DNA of 64,000 nt from Sedimentisphaerales bacterium. Its GTDB lineage: Bacteria; Planctomycetota; Phycisphaerae; Sedimentisphaerales; SM23-30. Shown here piece by piece: positions 29,482-38,795 of the stretch. The translations under genes and the position numbers were made by a program. Positions within the stretch are counted from its first letter, which is position 1. Each line of letters opens with the position of its first letter. The stretch covers positions 96,001 to 160,000 of the forward strand of contig CAXXMR010000011.1 of NCBI GenBank assembly GCA_963663805.2. Reading direction: 5' to 3'. The notes below the pieces were generated by a model that was not told the origin of the DNA, made no database searches, and saw only the letters and a program-made list of their open reading frames with translations.

Positions 29482-31326
29482 ATGAATAAAAAGAAGTTCG
29501 TATTTCTGACTATAGCGTTAATCATGATTAGCGTGGGAGTAGGCCAGGCCGCCCCGCTCTACCGTAACATTCCCTTCTATCAGGGTATGAACGGTTACAA
29601 CACCTTCCGCATCCCGGCCCTTATCGAAGCTGGTGACGGTACTATCCTGGCCTTTTGTGAGGGGCGTGTCAACAGCTCCAGCGACACCGGCAACATTGAC
29701 CTCGTCCTGCGTCGCAGCTTTGACGGCGGGCAAACCTGGCAGAGCCTCCAGGTCGTCTGGAACGATTCGGTCCATACCTGCGGCAATCCGGTACCTGTCG
29801 TGGATGAGTCTAACGGTCGCGTCTGGCTGTTCATGACCCACAACCTGGGCCAGGATACACAATCTGAAATTTCAGCCGGAACTTCCGACGGGGTACGCAC
29901 CATCTGGTCCTGCTATAGCGACAATAACGGTGCCACCTGGTCAACTCCGGTCAACCGCTTTAATGAAGTTCAACCTTCAACAACCCGCTGGGACGCCACC
30001 GGTCCCGGCAACGGCATCCAGATTCAGGCAGGCTCGCATCCGGGGCGACTAATCATCCCGGCCATCAGACGAAACATCTACAGTGACGACCACGGCCAAA
30101 CCTGGCATGAAAGTGCCTACCTCGCCGCCGGCAGCGGTGAAGCAGCGTGCGTCGAACTCAACTACGGCGTACTAATGCGTAACGACCGCGGCGGCTCCGG
30201 TTACAATCAGTACAAACGACGACTCATCAGCTACAGCTATAACCAGGGCGCCTCCTGGACGCCCTGGCAGCTTGACGACGAACTCATCAGTCCGACCTGC
30301 CAGGCCAGCATAATTTCGCACCGCCATTCCGACGGGACACCCGTATGGCTGTTCTCAAACCCTGCCGCTTTGGAACGCGTCAAAATGACCGTACGCATCA
30401 GCGAAGACGAAGGCAGAAACTGGACCACAAAAAAACTTATCCATCGCAATGACTCCGCCTATTCATCACTGGCGAACCTTTCCGGCAGCAAAATTGGTCT
30501 GCTTTACGAGAACGGCCCCGACTGGCCCTATCGCAAAATATCATTCGCCAAATTCGATACCGAATGGCTGAGCGACCCCACCATCTTCCATTGGGACTTT
30601 GAACAGTTCCCCCCCGGCTCAACCCTCTCTACCGTCGCTGGTGCTGTACCTGACCAGCGTGGTTATGACCTGGACGGCCAGGCAGGTTTTGCGTTTGATA
30701 TTGTTGCCGGTTCAGAAAAATACCTCGGTACTGCCGCCGTCAGCTTCACCGGTAACGGTTACGGCATAACCATCGACGACGATGACGCTGCTGACATGCT
30801 CGACTTTGAAGCCGACGAAGATTTCCTTATTCGTGTTGTTTTCCGCACCGACCAGCACGACACCGGCGGCTCATCGGGTGCCGGCGCACTCGTTTCTAAA
30901 GATGTCGGCACCGGCTATCCCAGTTGGTGGTTCCGCGTTCAGGACGGCCTTTTGCGATTTTTTGTCACGGACGGCACGACCAGCGGCTCGGTCTATTCTG
31001 ATGTTAAAGTCAACGACGGGGTATGGCACGAAGCGGTCGCCGTCCGTAATACTCAGGACCAGAAAGTCAGAATATACCTCGACGGCCAACTCTCCGGCGA
31101 AGCAGACGACACCACCACCGCTTCTCTCGCCAACGACAACGCCGTAATGGTCGGTCGATTTAACAGTGGAACCTGCTCGTTCATTGGCGAAATCGACCGC
31201 GTATCAGTAATGGCCGCCACCCGCGAACAAATACTTCTGGTTCAGGACGGTGACCTTAACGGTGACTTTATGATAAACTCGGATGACCTGCTTATCCTGC
31301 TCGGTAACTGGCTATATTTTGAATAA
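29482..31326 (+). CDS. GH33 exo-alpha-sialidase plus LamG and dockerin-like tail
   Basis: FRIP, Asp boxes, AYSSL; GDLNGDFMINSDDLLILLGNWL. Confidence 0.9.
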   Translation: MNKKKFVFLTIALIMISVGVGQAAPLYRNIPFYQGMNGYNTFRIPALIEAGDGTILAFCEGRVNSSSDTGNIDLVLRRSFDGGQTWQSLQVVWNDSVHTCGNPVPVVDESNGRVWLFMTHNLGQDTQSEISAGTSDGVRTIWSCYSDNNGATWSTPVNRFNEVQPSTTRWDATGPGNGIQIQAGSHPGRLIIPAIRRNIYSDDHGQTWHESAYLAAGSGEAACVELNYGVLMRNDRGGSGYNQYKRRLISYSYNQGASWTPWQLDDELISPTCQASIISHRHSDGTPVWLFSNPAALERVKMTVRISEDEGRNWTTKKLIHRNDSAYSSLANLSGSKIGLLYENGPDWPYRKISFAKFDTEWLSDPTIFHWDFEQFPPGSTLSTVAGAVPDQRGYDLDGQAGFAFDIVAGSEKYLGTAAVSFTGNGYGITIDDDDAADMLDFEADEDFLIRVVFRTDQHDTGGSSGAGALVSKDVGTGYPSWWFRVQDGLLRFFVTDGTTSGSVYSDVKVNDGVWHEAVAVRNTQDQKVRIYLDGQLSGEADDTTTASLANDNAVMVGRFNSGTCSFIGEIDRVSVMAATREQILLVQDGDLNGDFMINSDDLLILLGNWLYFE

Positions 31327-31369
31327 CTATTTTTTGTTTTAGTGCTTATGCGCACGAAAGGTAAACATT

Positions 31370-32284
31370 GTGAAAACTTCTAAAAAAATCTCAGGTGTAA
31401 TTGTCCCCATTATAACCCCCGTCGATGATCGTGACCGCGTAGACGAAAAATCCTTCCGTGCCGTCATCACCAACTGTCTTAACGCCGGTGTAAACGGTAT
31501 CTTCGTCGGCGGCTCAGCGGGTATGGGGCCGCTGCTGACCGAAACCCAATGGCGTCGCGCCATGGAAATCGCCCGCGATACCGTCGGTGCCGAATTCACC
31601 CTGATGGGCGGCATCATCTGCCCCTCTACCGGCCAGGCACTCGAACACCTTGCCTTCCTCGAAAAAACCGGCTTCGACACCTTTGCCATCACCCCAACGT
31701 TCTATATAACCATTGAACATGAAAACCAGTTTATCAAACATTTCGAAACCTGCTACAACAATACCGACATGGAAATGGTCGTTTACAATATCCCCGGCTG
31801 CACCAATTCCAACATTCCGCTCACGGCTGTCGCTCAGATGGCTGAAAAGGGCTGGTTCAAAGTCATGAAGGAAAGCAGCGGCGACAAAAACTATTTCACC
31901 GAGATAATGAAGATCGCTCGCGAACACGACCTCACTGTCTTGCAGGGCAGTGAAGTAGACATCGAATGGGGCCTGACCATCGGTGCTCAGGGAATAGTAC
32001 CGGTCTGTGCCAACTTTGAACCGGCGACTTTCGTTTCAACCTGGGACGCCGCCTGCAAAAAAGACCTTGCCCGGCTCGCTCAGATGCAACAAAGAATACA
32101 TGAAGCGAAATCAAACGTGATATGCGTATCAGAAAACTGGGTCGCCGGCATAATGTACGCCGCCAGCCTGCTCGGTTTTGGCTCGGGCAAACCGGTAGCA
32201 CCTATTTGCGAAATCTCAAACGAAGCCAAAGCCCACATCGAAAAATTTATGCAGGCCAAACCTCAATCAAAACAAAAAGTATAG
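31370..32284 (+). CDS. DHDPS / N-acetylneuraminate lyase family aldolase
   Basis: PIITP, YNIP, Schiff-base MKESSGD; sialidase context. Confidence 0.8.
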   Translation: MKTSKKISGVIVPIITPVDDRDRVDEKSFRAVITNCLNAGVNGIFVGGSAGMGPLLTETQWRRAMEIARDTVGAEFTLMGGIICPSTGQALEHLAFLEKTGFDTFAITPTFYITIEHENQFIKHFETCYNNTDMEMVVYNIPGCTNSNIPLTAVAQMAEKGWFKVMKESSGDKNYFTEIMKIAREHDLTVLQGSEVDIEWGLTIGAQGIVPVCANFEPATFVSTWDAACKKDLARLAQMQQRIHEAKSNVICVSENWVAGIMYAASLLGFGSGKPVAPICEISNEAKAHIEKFMQAKPQSKQKV

Positions 32285-32499
32285 TAAATGTTCATATCCT
32301 TATTTGCATAACATAAAGGAATCCTGAAATTAAAATGAAATTATTAACGAGTCAAAACTTCAATATAATGTAGAGAAACGCACGATTAAGATAAAAATTG
32401 ACGCCAGCGTCAAAAGTTTGTCGTTCCTTCAATATTTGAGCGTGAGAGTGTTTTTTTAGCTTGATTTGGACTTTGGACGGTTCAGTCAAAAATCATTAC

Positions 32500-32528
32500 T
32501 TGAAATGTTAATAATTTTAATATATATT
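32500..32528 (+). promoter_or_regulatory. Promoter TTGAAA-N17-TATATT
   Basis: Same hexamers and spacing as at 19804. Confidence 0.55.
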
Positions 32529-32588
32529 CTGTGCCCCCGGTTTACTTGATTGTGGTGCATGGAATATTGGTCTTATAAGGAGCAGTTT

Positions 32589-35201
32589 ATGAAGCGTCTT
32601 TTCACTTTTTGTTTTATTTTATTCGCTGTAACTACTTGTGCCCAAGCTGTTCCTTCTAACGATGGTTTCTTCATCTGGTCAGAATTCGCCCAGCTGCCCC
32701 CTGCCACCGGTCAAACCGAACCTGTCGGCCTGGCTGGCGCTTTCGCCGGAGTACATAACGGCGCTCTCATCGTCGCCGGCGGTGCCAACTTCGACAAGCC
32801 GTATTGGGAAAACGGCAAATCATGGCTCACCGACATCTGGGTTCTCCAGAAAACCAAAGAAGGCGACAAGTGGCAAAACGCCGGCAACCTAGAACACCCC
32901 CTCGCTTACGGCATGAGCATATCAACCGACAGCGGAGTAATTTGCATCGGGGGTGCCGACGCTGATAAATGTTATAGCGAAGTTTTTATACTCAAGTGGA
33001 ACCTGGCCGAAAACAAAGTCACACGTGAGGAATTACCCTCACTTCCGCAGCCCTGTGCCAATGGCGGAGCGACTCTTATCGGTAATGTAATCTACGTCGC
33101 CGGCGGAACCTCGGCAAGTCCTCTTTCTACTGCCCTGACAAATTTCTGGTCGCTTGATTTGGCTCAGCGTGATAACCCTGATGAATTCAACTGGAAGACA
33201 CTTCCCGCCTGGCCCGGCCCCTGCCGTGCGTTCAACCTCACGATCGCCCAGCACAACGGTAAAGAAGACTGCGTCTACGTCATCAGCGGTCGCCGCGAAA
33301 TTGAATCAGCAGATGGACCAACGCTGGACTTCATGACCGACATCTACGAATTCTCACCGCTGAAATATCAAAGCCTCACCCAGAAAAACTTTGCCGAAGA
33401 AGAAGTCGCTCAGCAGTCCTGGCGTGAATGTGCCCAGTTGCCTATCCCGCTTGTCGCCGCGACCGGAGCCGCCATCGGCCAAAGTCACATTTTTATCTTT
33501 GGCGGTGCCGACGGCAGTCTCTACCAGAAAGCCGATGAACTGCGTGAAAACCACCCCGGCTTCCCCAAAGACATCTATGCCTTCCACACCATAACCAACA
33601 CCTGGGTCAAGTCCGGCCAGGTTCCCCAGACCCACGTCACCGCGCCGGTCGTCAAATGGGGCGAAGATTACCTTATCGTCAGCGGCGAGGTCAAACCACG
33701 CGTCCGCACCCCCATCATCCTCAAAGGCACATTGCAATCCTCTCAGGCATCCTTCGGTGCTGTCAATTTCGGCGTACTGGTTGGTTATCTGCTCTTAATT
33801 GTCGCGGTCGGTTTCTACTTCGCCACTCGCAACAAAAGCACTGACGACTTCTTCCGCGGCGGCCAGCGTGTCCCCGCCTGGGCTGCCGGTCTCAGCATCT
33901 TCGCCACACTACTCAGCTCTATCACCTTCATTGCCATCCCCGCCAAGGTTTATTGCACCAACTGGACCTTTATCATCCTTAATATGATAGGCATAGCAAC
34001 CCTGCCCTTCATCATGTATGTCATCATGCCCTTCTTCCGCAACGCTGATGTCACCAGTGCCTACGAGTTCCTCGAAAAACGTTTCAATGTCGTTGTCCGC
34101 CTCTTCGCCGCGACCTCTTTCATACTCTTCCAGATTGGCCGTATGGCTATCGTCATGTTCCTGCCTGCCCTGGCCCTGGCAACCATCACTCCGCTTTCCG
34201 TCTCCCAGTGCATCCTCGTCATGGGCGTTCTCAGCATAATCTATTGCACCATGGGCGGGCTCGAAGCGGTGATCTGGACCGATGCCGTACAGAGCATCAT
34301 CCTGCTCGGCGGCGCGTTCGTCAGTCTCATCATTATTTTCAGCAATATCGACGGCGGCTTCTCAAGCTATATTTCCATCGCCAATGCTCAGGACAAGTTC
34401 CACGCCTTCAATTGGGACTTCTCATCCACCAGCTTCGTGACCAGTGCCTTATGGGTAATGGTCATCGGCGGTTTAGGCCAGAACATCGTCTCGCCGGTTT
34501 CCGACCAGGCGGTCATTCAGCGTTATATGTCGGTGTCCAGCCTCAAAAAGGCTCAGGACTCGCAGGTCATCAGTGTCGTCGCCGGGGTCGTCGCCACGTT
34601 CATCTTCTTCGCCACCGGCACCGCCCTTTATGTCTTCTACCAGTGCCAGCCCGAAAAGCTCGACCCTACCTATCAGAACGATGCTATCTTCCCGCTGTTC
34701 ATCTCCCATGAACTGCCTATCGGTTTTGCGGGCCTGGTAGTTGCCGGAGTGTTCGCCGCGGCCCAGTCCACGATTTCAACCAGCATGAACAGCATCTCCA
34801 CCGTTTTCGTAACCGACTACTTCCAGCGGTTCAATGTATTCAAGACCGACAAGGCCTATCTGAACCTGGCCCGTTTCAGTACATTTTTCTTTGGCGTGTT
34901 AGGTACCGGCCTGGCCCTGCTCTTTGCCACCGCCGACATCAAATCCATCTGGGAATCATTCATGGAAGTACTCGGACTGCTGGGCGGGGCCATGTGCGGC
35001 CTGTTCCTGGCGGCCATGTTCACCAAACGAGTCAGCGGTATTAGTGCCCTCATCGGCGCCTTCGCCAGTGCCTTTGTACTCTACTTCGTCAAGAAACACA
35101 CCGACACCAGCTTCCTGCTCTATGCCTCCATCGGCATCGCGGCATGTTTCATAGTAGCCTGGCTCACCAGTTTTGTGTTCCCCAACAGGAAACCAGGGTA
35201 A
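32589..35201 (+). CDS. Kelch/NanM-like mutarotase fused to a sodium:solute symporter (SiaT-like)
   Basis: AGGANF kelch repeats, SGEVKPRVRTP, then SSS motifs (SAYEFLEKRF, GGLEAVIWTD, DQAVIQRY). Confidence 0.88.
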   Translation: MKRLFTFCFILFAVTTCAQAVPSNDGFFIWSEFAQLPPATGQTEPVGLAGAFAGVHNGALIVAGGANFDKPYWENGKSWLTDIWVLQKTKEGDKWQNAGNLEHPLAYGMSISTDSGVICIGGADADKCYSEVFILKWNLAENKVTREELPSLPQPCANGGATLIGNVIYVAGGTSASPLSTALTNFWSLDLAQRDNPDEFNWKTLPAWPGPCRAFNLTIAQHNGKEDCVYVISGRREIESADGPTLDFMTDIYEFSPLKYQSLTQKNFAEEEVAQQSWRECAQLPIPLVAATGAAIGQSHIFIFGGADGSLYQKADELRENHPGFPKDIYAFHTITNTWVKSGQVPQTHVTAPVVKWGEDYLIVSGEVKPRVRTPIILKGTLQSSQASFGAVNFGVLVGYLLLIVAVGFYFATRNKSTDDFFRGGQRVPAWAAGLSIFATLLSSITFIAIPAKVYCTNWTFIILNMIGIATLPFIMYVIMPFFRNADVTSAYEFLEKRFNVVVRLFAATSFILFQIGRMAIVMFLPALALATITPLSVSQCILVMGVLSIIYCTMGGLEAVIWTDAVQSIILLGGAFVSLIIIFSNIDGGFSSYISIANAQDKFHAFNWDFSSTSFVTSALWVMVIGGLGQNIVSPVSDQAVIQRYMSVSSLKKAQDSQVISVVAGVVATFIFFATGTALYVFYQCQPEKLDPTYQNDAIFPLFISHELPIGFAGLVVAGVFAAAQSTISTSMNSISTVFVTDYFQRFNVFKTDKAYLNLARFSTFFFGVLGTGLALLFATADIKSIWESFMEVLGLLGGAMCGLFLAAMFTKRVSGISALIGAFASAFVLYFVKKHTDTSFLLYASIGIAACFIVAWLTSFVFPNRKPG

Positions 35202-35341
35202 TAGCTGTTTCGCTAAATCCCCCCAGCATCAAAAGTTTTCAACAAAACATTCAGGCCCGGCGTAAGGTTCCGGCCAAGTGCATCTTGCGGGGTTCTTTGA
35301 AAAATTGATAATACGGCTCATGATTTAATGGAGAGGCAATC

Positions 35342-35690
35342 ATGGGCAAAGCGCGAAAATCTGATACGGAACAGCGGCAGTTTTGGCGGATGGTGCTGGA
35401 GACATTTCAATCCAGTGGGTTATCCGTTCGTCAGTTTTGTCGGCAGGAAGGTTTATCTGAGCCATCTTTTTATTCCTGGCGCAGGCGTCTGACCCAAGCC
35501 CGAAACTCTGATTACGACAGCAAGTCAGAGGCGCAGCCGGAGGCCTTCATTCGCGTTTCGATGCCCCCGTCCCAGCCCGGTTCTCTGGAGCTTGTTCTGG
35601 CGGCTGGCCATACATTGCGGATACCTTCAAATATCGACGATGCATTTTTAACCGGCGTTCTTTCCGCGCTCGCGTTTCGATGCCCCCGTC
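35342..35690 (+). pseudogene. tnpA: IS66 TnpA accessory gene, disrupted; native 3' end lies at 38308-38329
   Basis: W......SGLSVRQFCRQEGLS...FY.WRRRL; native end KQAKLC* overlaps the tnpB ATG. Confidence 0.85.
35552..35670. repeat. 119-bp direct duplication (second copy = 35671-35690 + 38209-38307, split by IS21)
   Basis: Identical sequence read directly. Confidence 0.9.
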
Positions 35691-35826
35691 TGGTGATTAG
35701 CATTGAAAATGGAGCCAGATTTGCGGGTTTTCTCTTCTGAAAAAGCATCGAAAAAGGAGCCACTGTAAAAGGCCGATAAGATGTGTTTAAGATACGTAAC
35801 ATTTTAGACACAGGAGGCTTAGAAAG

Positions 35827-37314
35827 GTGCTTACAGTGGAGCATTATGAGATTATCAGACGTAAAGTTCGTGATGGGATATCGCAACGTGAGGTTGCCCT
35901 GGAGCTGGGGCATTCGCGTAACACGGTGGCCAAGGCCCTGAAAAATCCGATTCCGCCGGGCTATCGGCTCAGTCAGCCGCGGGTCAAGGCTGTCATGGAT
36001 CCCTTCGCGCACATTATTGACACCTGGCTGGAATCTGACAAAAAGGTTCGGCGTAAGCAGCGGATGCAGGCGACCAAAATGTATCAGCGGCTTTGTGACG
36101 AGTATGGTTTCACCGGCCATTACAGCACTGTCCAGCGGTATATCAAGGAGGCGAGTAATCGCCAAAAAGAAGCTTACCTGCCGTTAGCGTTTGAGTTTGG
36201 CGAAGAAGCCCAGGTTGACTGGCATGAAGCTAACATTAAAGAAAACGGCAGGGAGAAGAAGGTCTACGTTTTTTGCATGAAGCTGTGCTGTTCTAAGGCT
36301 CCTTTTGTTTGTGCTTACGAGAGCATGAAGATCGAATGTTTTCTTGACGGCCATGTCCGGGCGTTTGAATATTTCGGCGGCGTGCCCAAACGCATTGCTT
36401 ACGACAATTTAAAAACTGCGGTTCTAAAGGTTCTCAAAAAAGGCAAGCGTCGGCTCAACCGCAAATTCGTAGAGCTTAAGAGTTGGTATTTGTTTGACAC
36501 TCGTTTTTGCAATGTCGCTAAAGGTAATGAAAAAGGCGATGTCGAGAATCTCGCCAAGCGAAGTGAAAGGCAGTTCTTCTCTCCGGTTCCGAGAGTTACC
36601 GATATGGCTCAGCTGAATGAGATGCTGATTGCTCAGTGTATCAAAGAACTGGATCGCCAGGGCCCTGCACCTCATACGAATAAAACCATTGGCGATTTAT
36701 TTGCAGAAGAGAAAACACATTTATACGAACTGCCTGAGCAGAAGTTTGAAGCCTGTCGTCGAATATCCACCTTTGCGGACAAACAGCTTACAGTACGGGT
36801 TGATACTAACCGGTATTCGGTGCCGACGGAGTATGCCTATCAATCTTGCCAGGTCAAGGTATTCGTTGACCGGGTTGACCTGTTCTATAAAAATGAGCTG
36901 GTTGCCTCGCATTCCAGATGTTACGATAAAGACCAGTATATCCTGGATCCGCTGCATTATATCAAACTTTTAGAGCGTAAGCCCGGTTCGCTGGATAATG
37001 CTCGGCCATTCAAGGGCCAGCCCTGGGGCGAAGATTTCACCTTGATGCGAACAGAGCTTGAATATCGATACGGCAGTGAAGGGACCGGTAAATACATCAA
37101 CATCCTGCTGCTCTTTATCAGGCATCCGCAAAAAGAAGTTGAACATGCCGTTGGTGTTTGTGTCAAGTGCCGGGCGTTCAGCGATGAAGCGGTGGAAAGC
37201 TTTTTACGTAACGGCTCACAATTGAACCTTGCCGGCAATCAAGTCCTGGTAAACCAAGGCGATGGCAAACGCAATCTCGATGTTTATAACCAGTTGGCCG
37301 GGGAGGTAGCATGA
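35827..37314 (+). CDS. istA: IS21 transposase IstA
   Basis: HTH; GEEAQVDW, YDNLK, EKGDVE. Confidence 0.95.
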   Translation: MLTVEHYEIIRRKVRDGISQREVALELGHSRNTVAKALKNPIPPGYRLSQPRVKAVMDPFAHIIDTWLESDKKVRRKQRMQATKMYQRLCDEYGFTGHYSTVQRYIKEASNRQKEAYLPLAFEFGEEAQVDWHEANIKENGREKKVYVFCMKLCCSKAPFVCAYESMKIECFLDGHVRAFEYFGGVPKRIAYDNLKTAVLKVLKKGKRRLNRKFVELKSWYLFDTRFCNVAKGNEKGDVENLAKRSERQFFSPVPRVTDMAQLNEMLIAQCIKELDRQGPAPHTNKTIGDLFAEEKTHLYELPEQKFEACRRISTFADKQLTVRVDTNRYSVPTEYAYQSCQVKVFVDRVDLFYKNELVASHSRCYDKDQYILDPLHYIKLLERKPGSLDNARPFKGQPWGEDFTLMRTELEYRYGSEGTGKYINILLLFIRHPQKEVEHAVGVCVKCRAFSDEAVESFLRNGSQLNLAGNQVLVNQGDGKRNLDVYNQLAGEVA

Positions 37315-38075
37315 AAGATCCAATGGTTTTATTAAAAAGCTATCTCAAGACCCTGAAGCTTCCGACAATTCAAAAAGAGTATCAGACAATTGCCCGGGCA
37401 TCCGCCCAGGCAAACGAATCCTATGAAAGTTACCTGCAAAGACTGGCCGAAATCGAAGTCTTTCATCGACAGTCGCAGGCCATCGCCAGGAGATTGAAAC
37501 AGGCAAACTTCCCCATGACTAAGGAACTTGAAAGTTTTGATTTTATGGCCGTGCCGCAGATAAATAAAAAACAGATTATCGACCTTTCGATGTGCGGCTT
37601 TATCGACCGCCGCAGTAATATCGTCTTTACCGGCCCGCCGGGCGTGGGTAAAAGTCATCTGGCCATCGCCCTCGGCCGGGAAGCCTGCCGACGAGGTTAT
37701 AAAGTGCGGTTCTTTACCGCTGCTGAACTGGTTAATACGTATCTCGAAGCCCGACAGGAAAGAGCGGTGTTGAAATTAGAGAGCTATATAAAAAAATGCG
37801 ACCTGATCATCATCGATGAACTGGGCTATGTCCCGTTCGACCGTATCGGAGCGGAACATCTGTTCGGCTTTTTCAGCCAGTGCTATGAACAAACCAGCCT
37901 GATCGTAACAACGAATCTGCCATTCGCCGATTGGCCCCAGGTCTTTGGCGATGATGAAAGATTAGCCGGTGCTCTGCTGGACCGACTGACCCACCATGTG
38001 AGCGTGGTCGAAATCATAACCGACAGCTGGCGACTTAACCAGAGTTTAGAGAAAAAACGGAAAAAAGAAGGCTAA
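37311..38075 (+). CDS. istB: IS21 helper ATPase IstB
   Basis: GPPGVGKS, IIDELGY, LDRLTHH. Confidence 0.95.
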   Translation: MKDPMVLLKSYLKTLKLPTIQKEYQTIARASAQANESYESYLQRLAEIEVFHRQSQAIARRLKQANFPMTKELESFDFMAVPQINKKQIIDLSMCGFIDRRSNIVFTGPPGVGKSHLAIALGREACRRGYKVRFFTAAELVNTYLEARQERAVLKLESYIKKCDLIIIDELGYVPFDRIGAEHLFGFFSQCYEQTSLIVTTNLPFADWPQVFGDDERLAGALLDRLTHHVSVVEIITDSWRLNQSLEKKRKKEG

Positions 38076-38322
38076 GAAAGCCTCAATCCAACGAAAAAGG
38101 ACCAGAATCCCTATTGACAACGCCGAAATCGGCGTTATTTTACTAACCTAAGTGGCTCAGATTTCGATGCAAATCTGGCTCCATTTTCAATACTAATCAC
38201 CACCCGTCCCAGCCCGGTTCTCTGGAGCTTGTTCTGGCGGCTGGCCATACATTGCGGATACCTTCAAATATCGACGATGCATTTTTAACCGGCGTTCTTT
38301 CCGCGCTAAAACAGGCAAAGCT

Positions 38323-38682
38323 ATGCTAACTCTGCCCCCGGCGGTGAAGATTTTCATTTACTCTCAGCCGACGGATATGCGTTGCGGTTTTAACAAGCTT
38401 TCGATGCTGGCGGAAAACTTCATGCTTCAAGATTCGTTCAGCGGCCATCTGTTTGTGTTCTTCAATAAACGCGGCGACAAATGTAAGATTCTTTTCTGGG
38501 ACCGCACCGGATTCGTCGTTTGGTATAAGCGGCTGGAGGAAGGCACGTTTGAAAAAATCCCCGGCAAAAATAATCAGGCATCAATCGAAGTTGATATTGC
38601 CAAGCTAAGCTGGATACTGGAAGGCATTGATTTATTTCGCAGTCGCCGCCGAAAACGCTATGAGCGTAAAAGCTCGCTATAG
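38323..38682 (+). CDS. tnpB: IS66 TnpB accessory protein
   Basis: PTDMRCGF, KILFWD..G...WYKRLEEG.F. Confidence 0.95.
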   Translation: MLTLPPAVKIFIYSQPTDMRCGFNKLSMLAENFMLQDSFSGHLFVFFNKRGDKCKILFWDRTGFVVWYKRLEEGTFEKIPGKNNQASIEVDIAKLSWILEGIDLFRSRRRKRYERKSSL

Positions 38683-38795
38683 GCTCTTAGAGTTAAGAAT
38701 ATTACATATTTTCTCATTTTTATGCTTGCTTTTTTCATCATTTCGCTTATCATAATCTCATCGTTAAGGATGACGAAGTTACTAAACGTTACGGA

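Larger units (their letters stand above)
35691..38202 (+). mobile_element. IS21-family element nested in IS66
   Basis: TIRs TGGTGATTAG(C/T)ATTGAAAATGGAGCCAGATTTGC; 6-bp TSD CCCGTC at 35685-90 and 38203-08. Confidence 0.95.

Noticed and set aside
38323..38682. TnpB as an RNA-guided nuclease
   Set aside because: 119-aa IS66 accessory TnpB, unrelated to the IS200/IS605 RuvC TnpB
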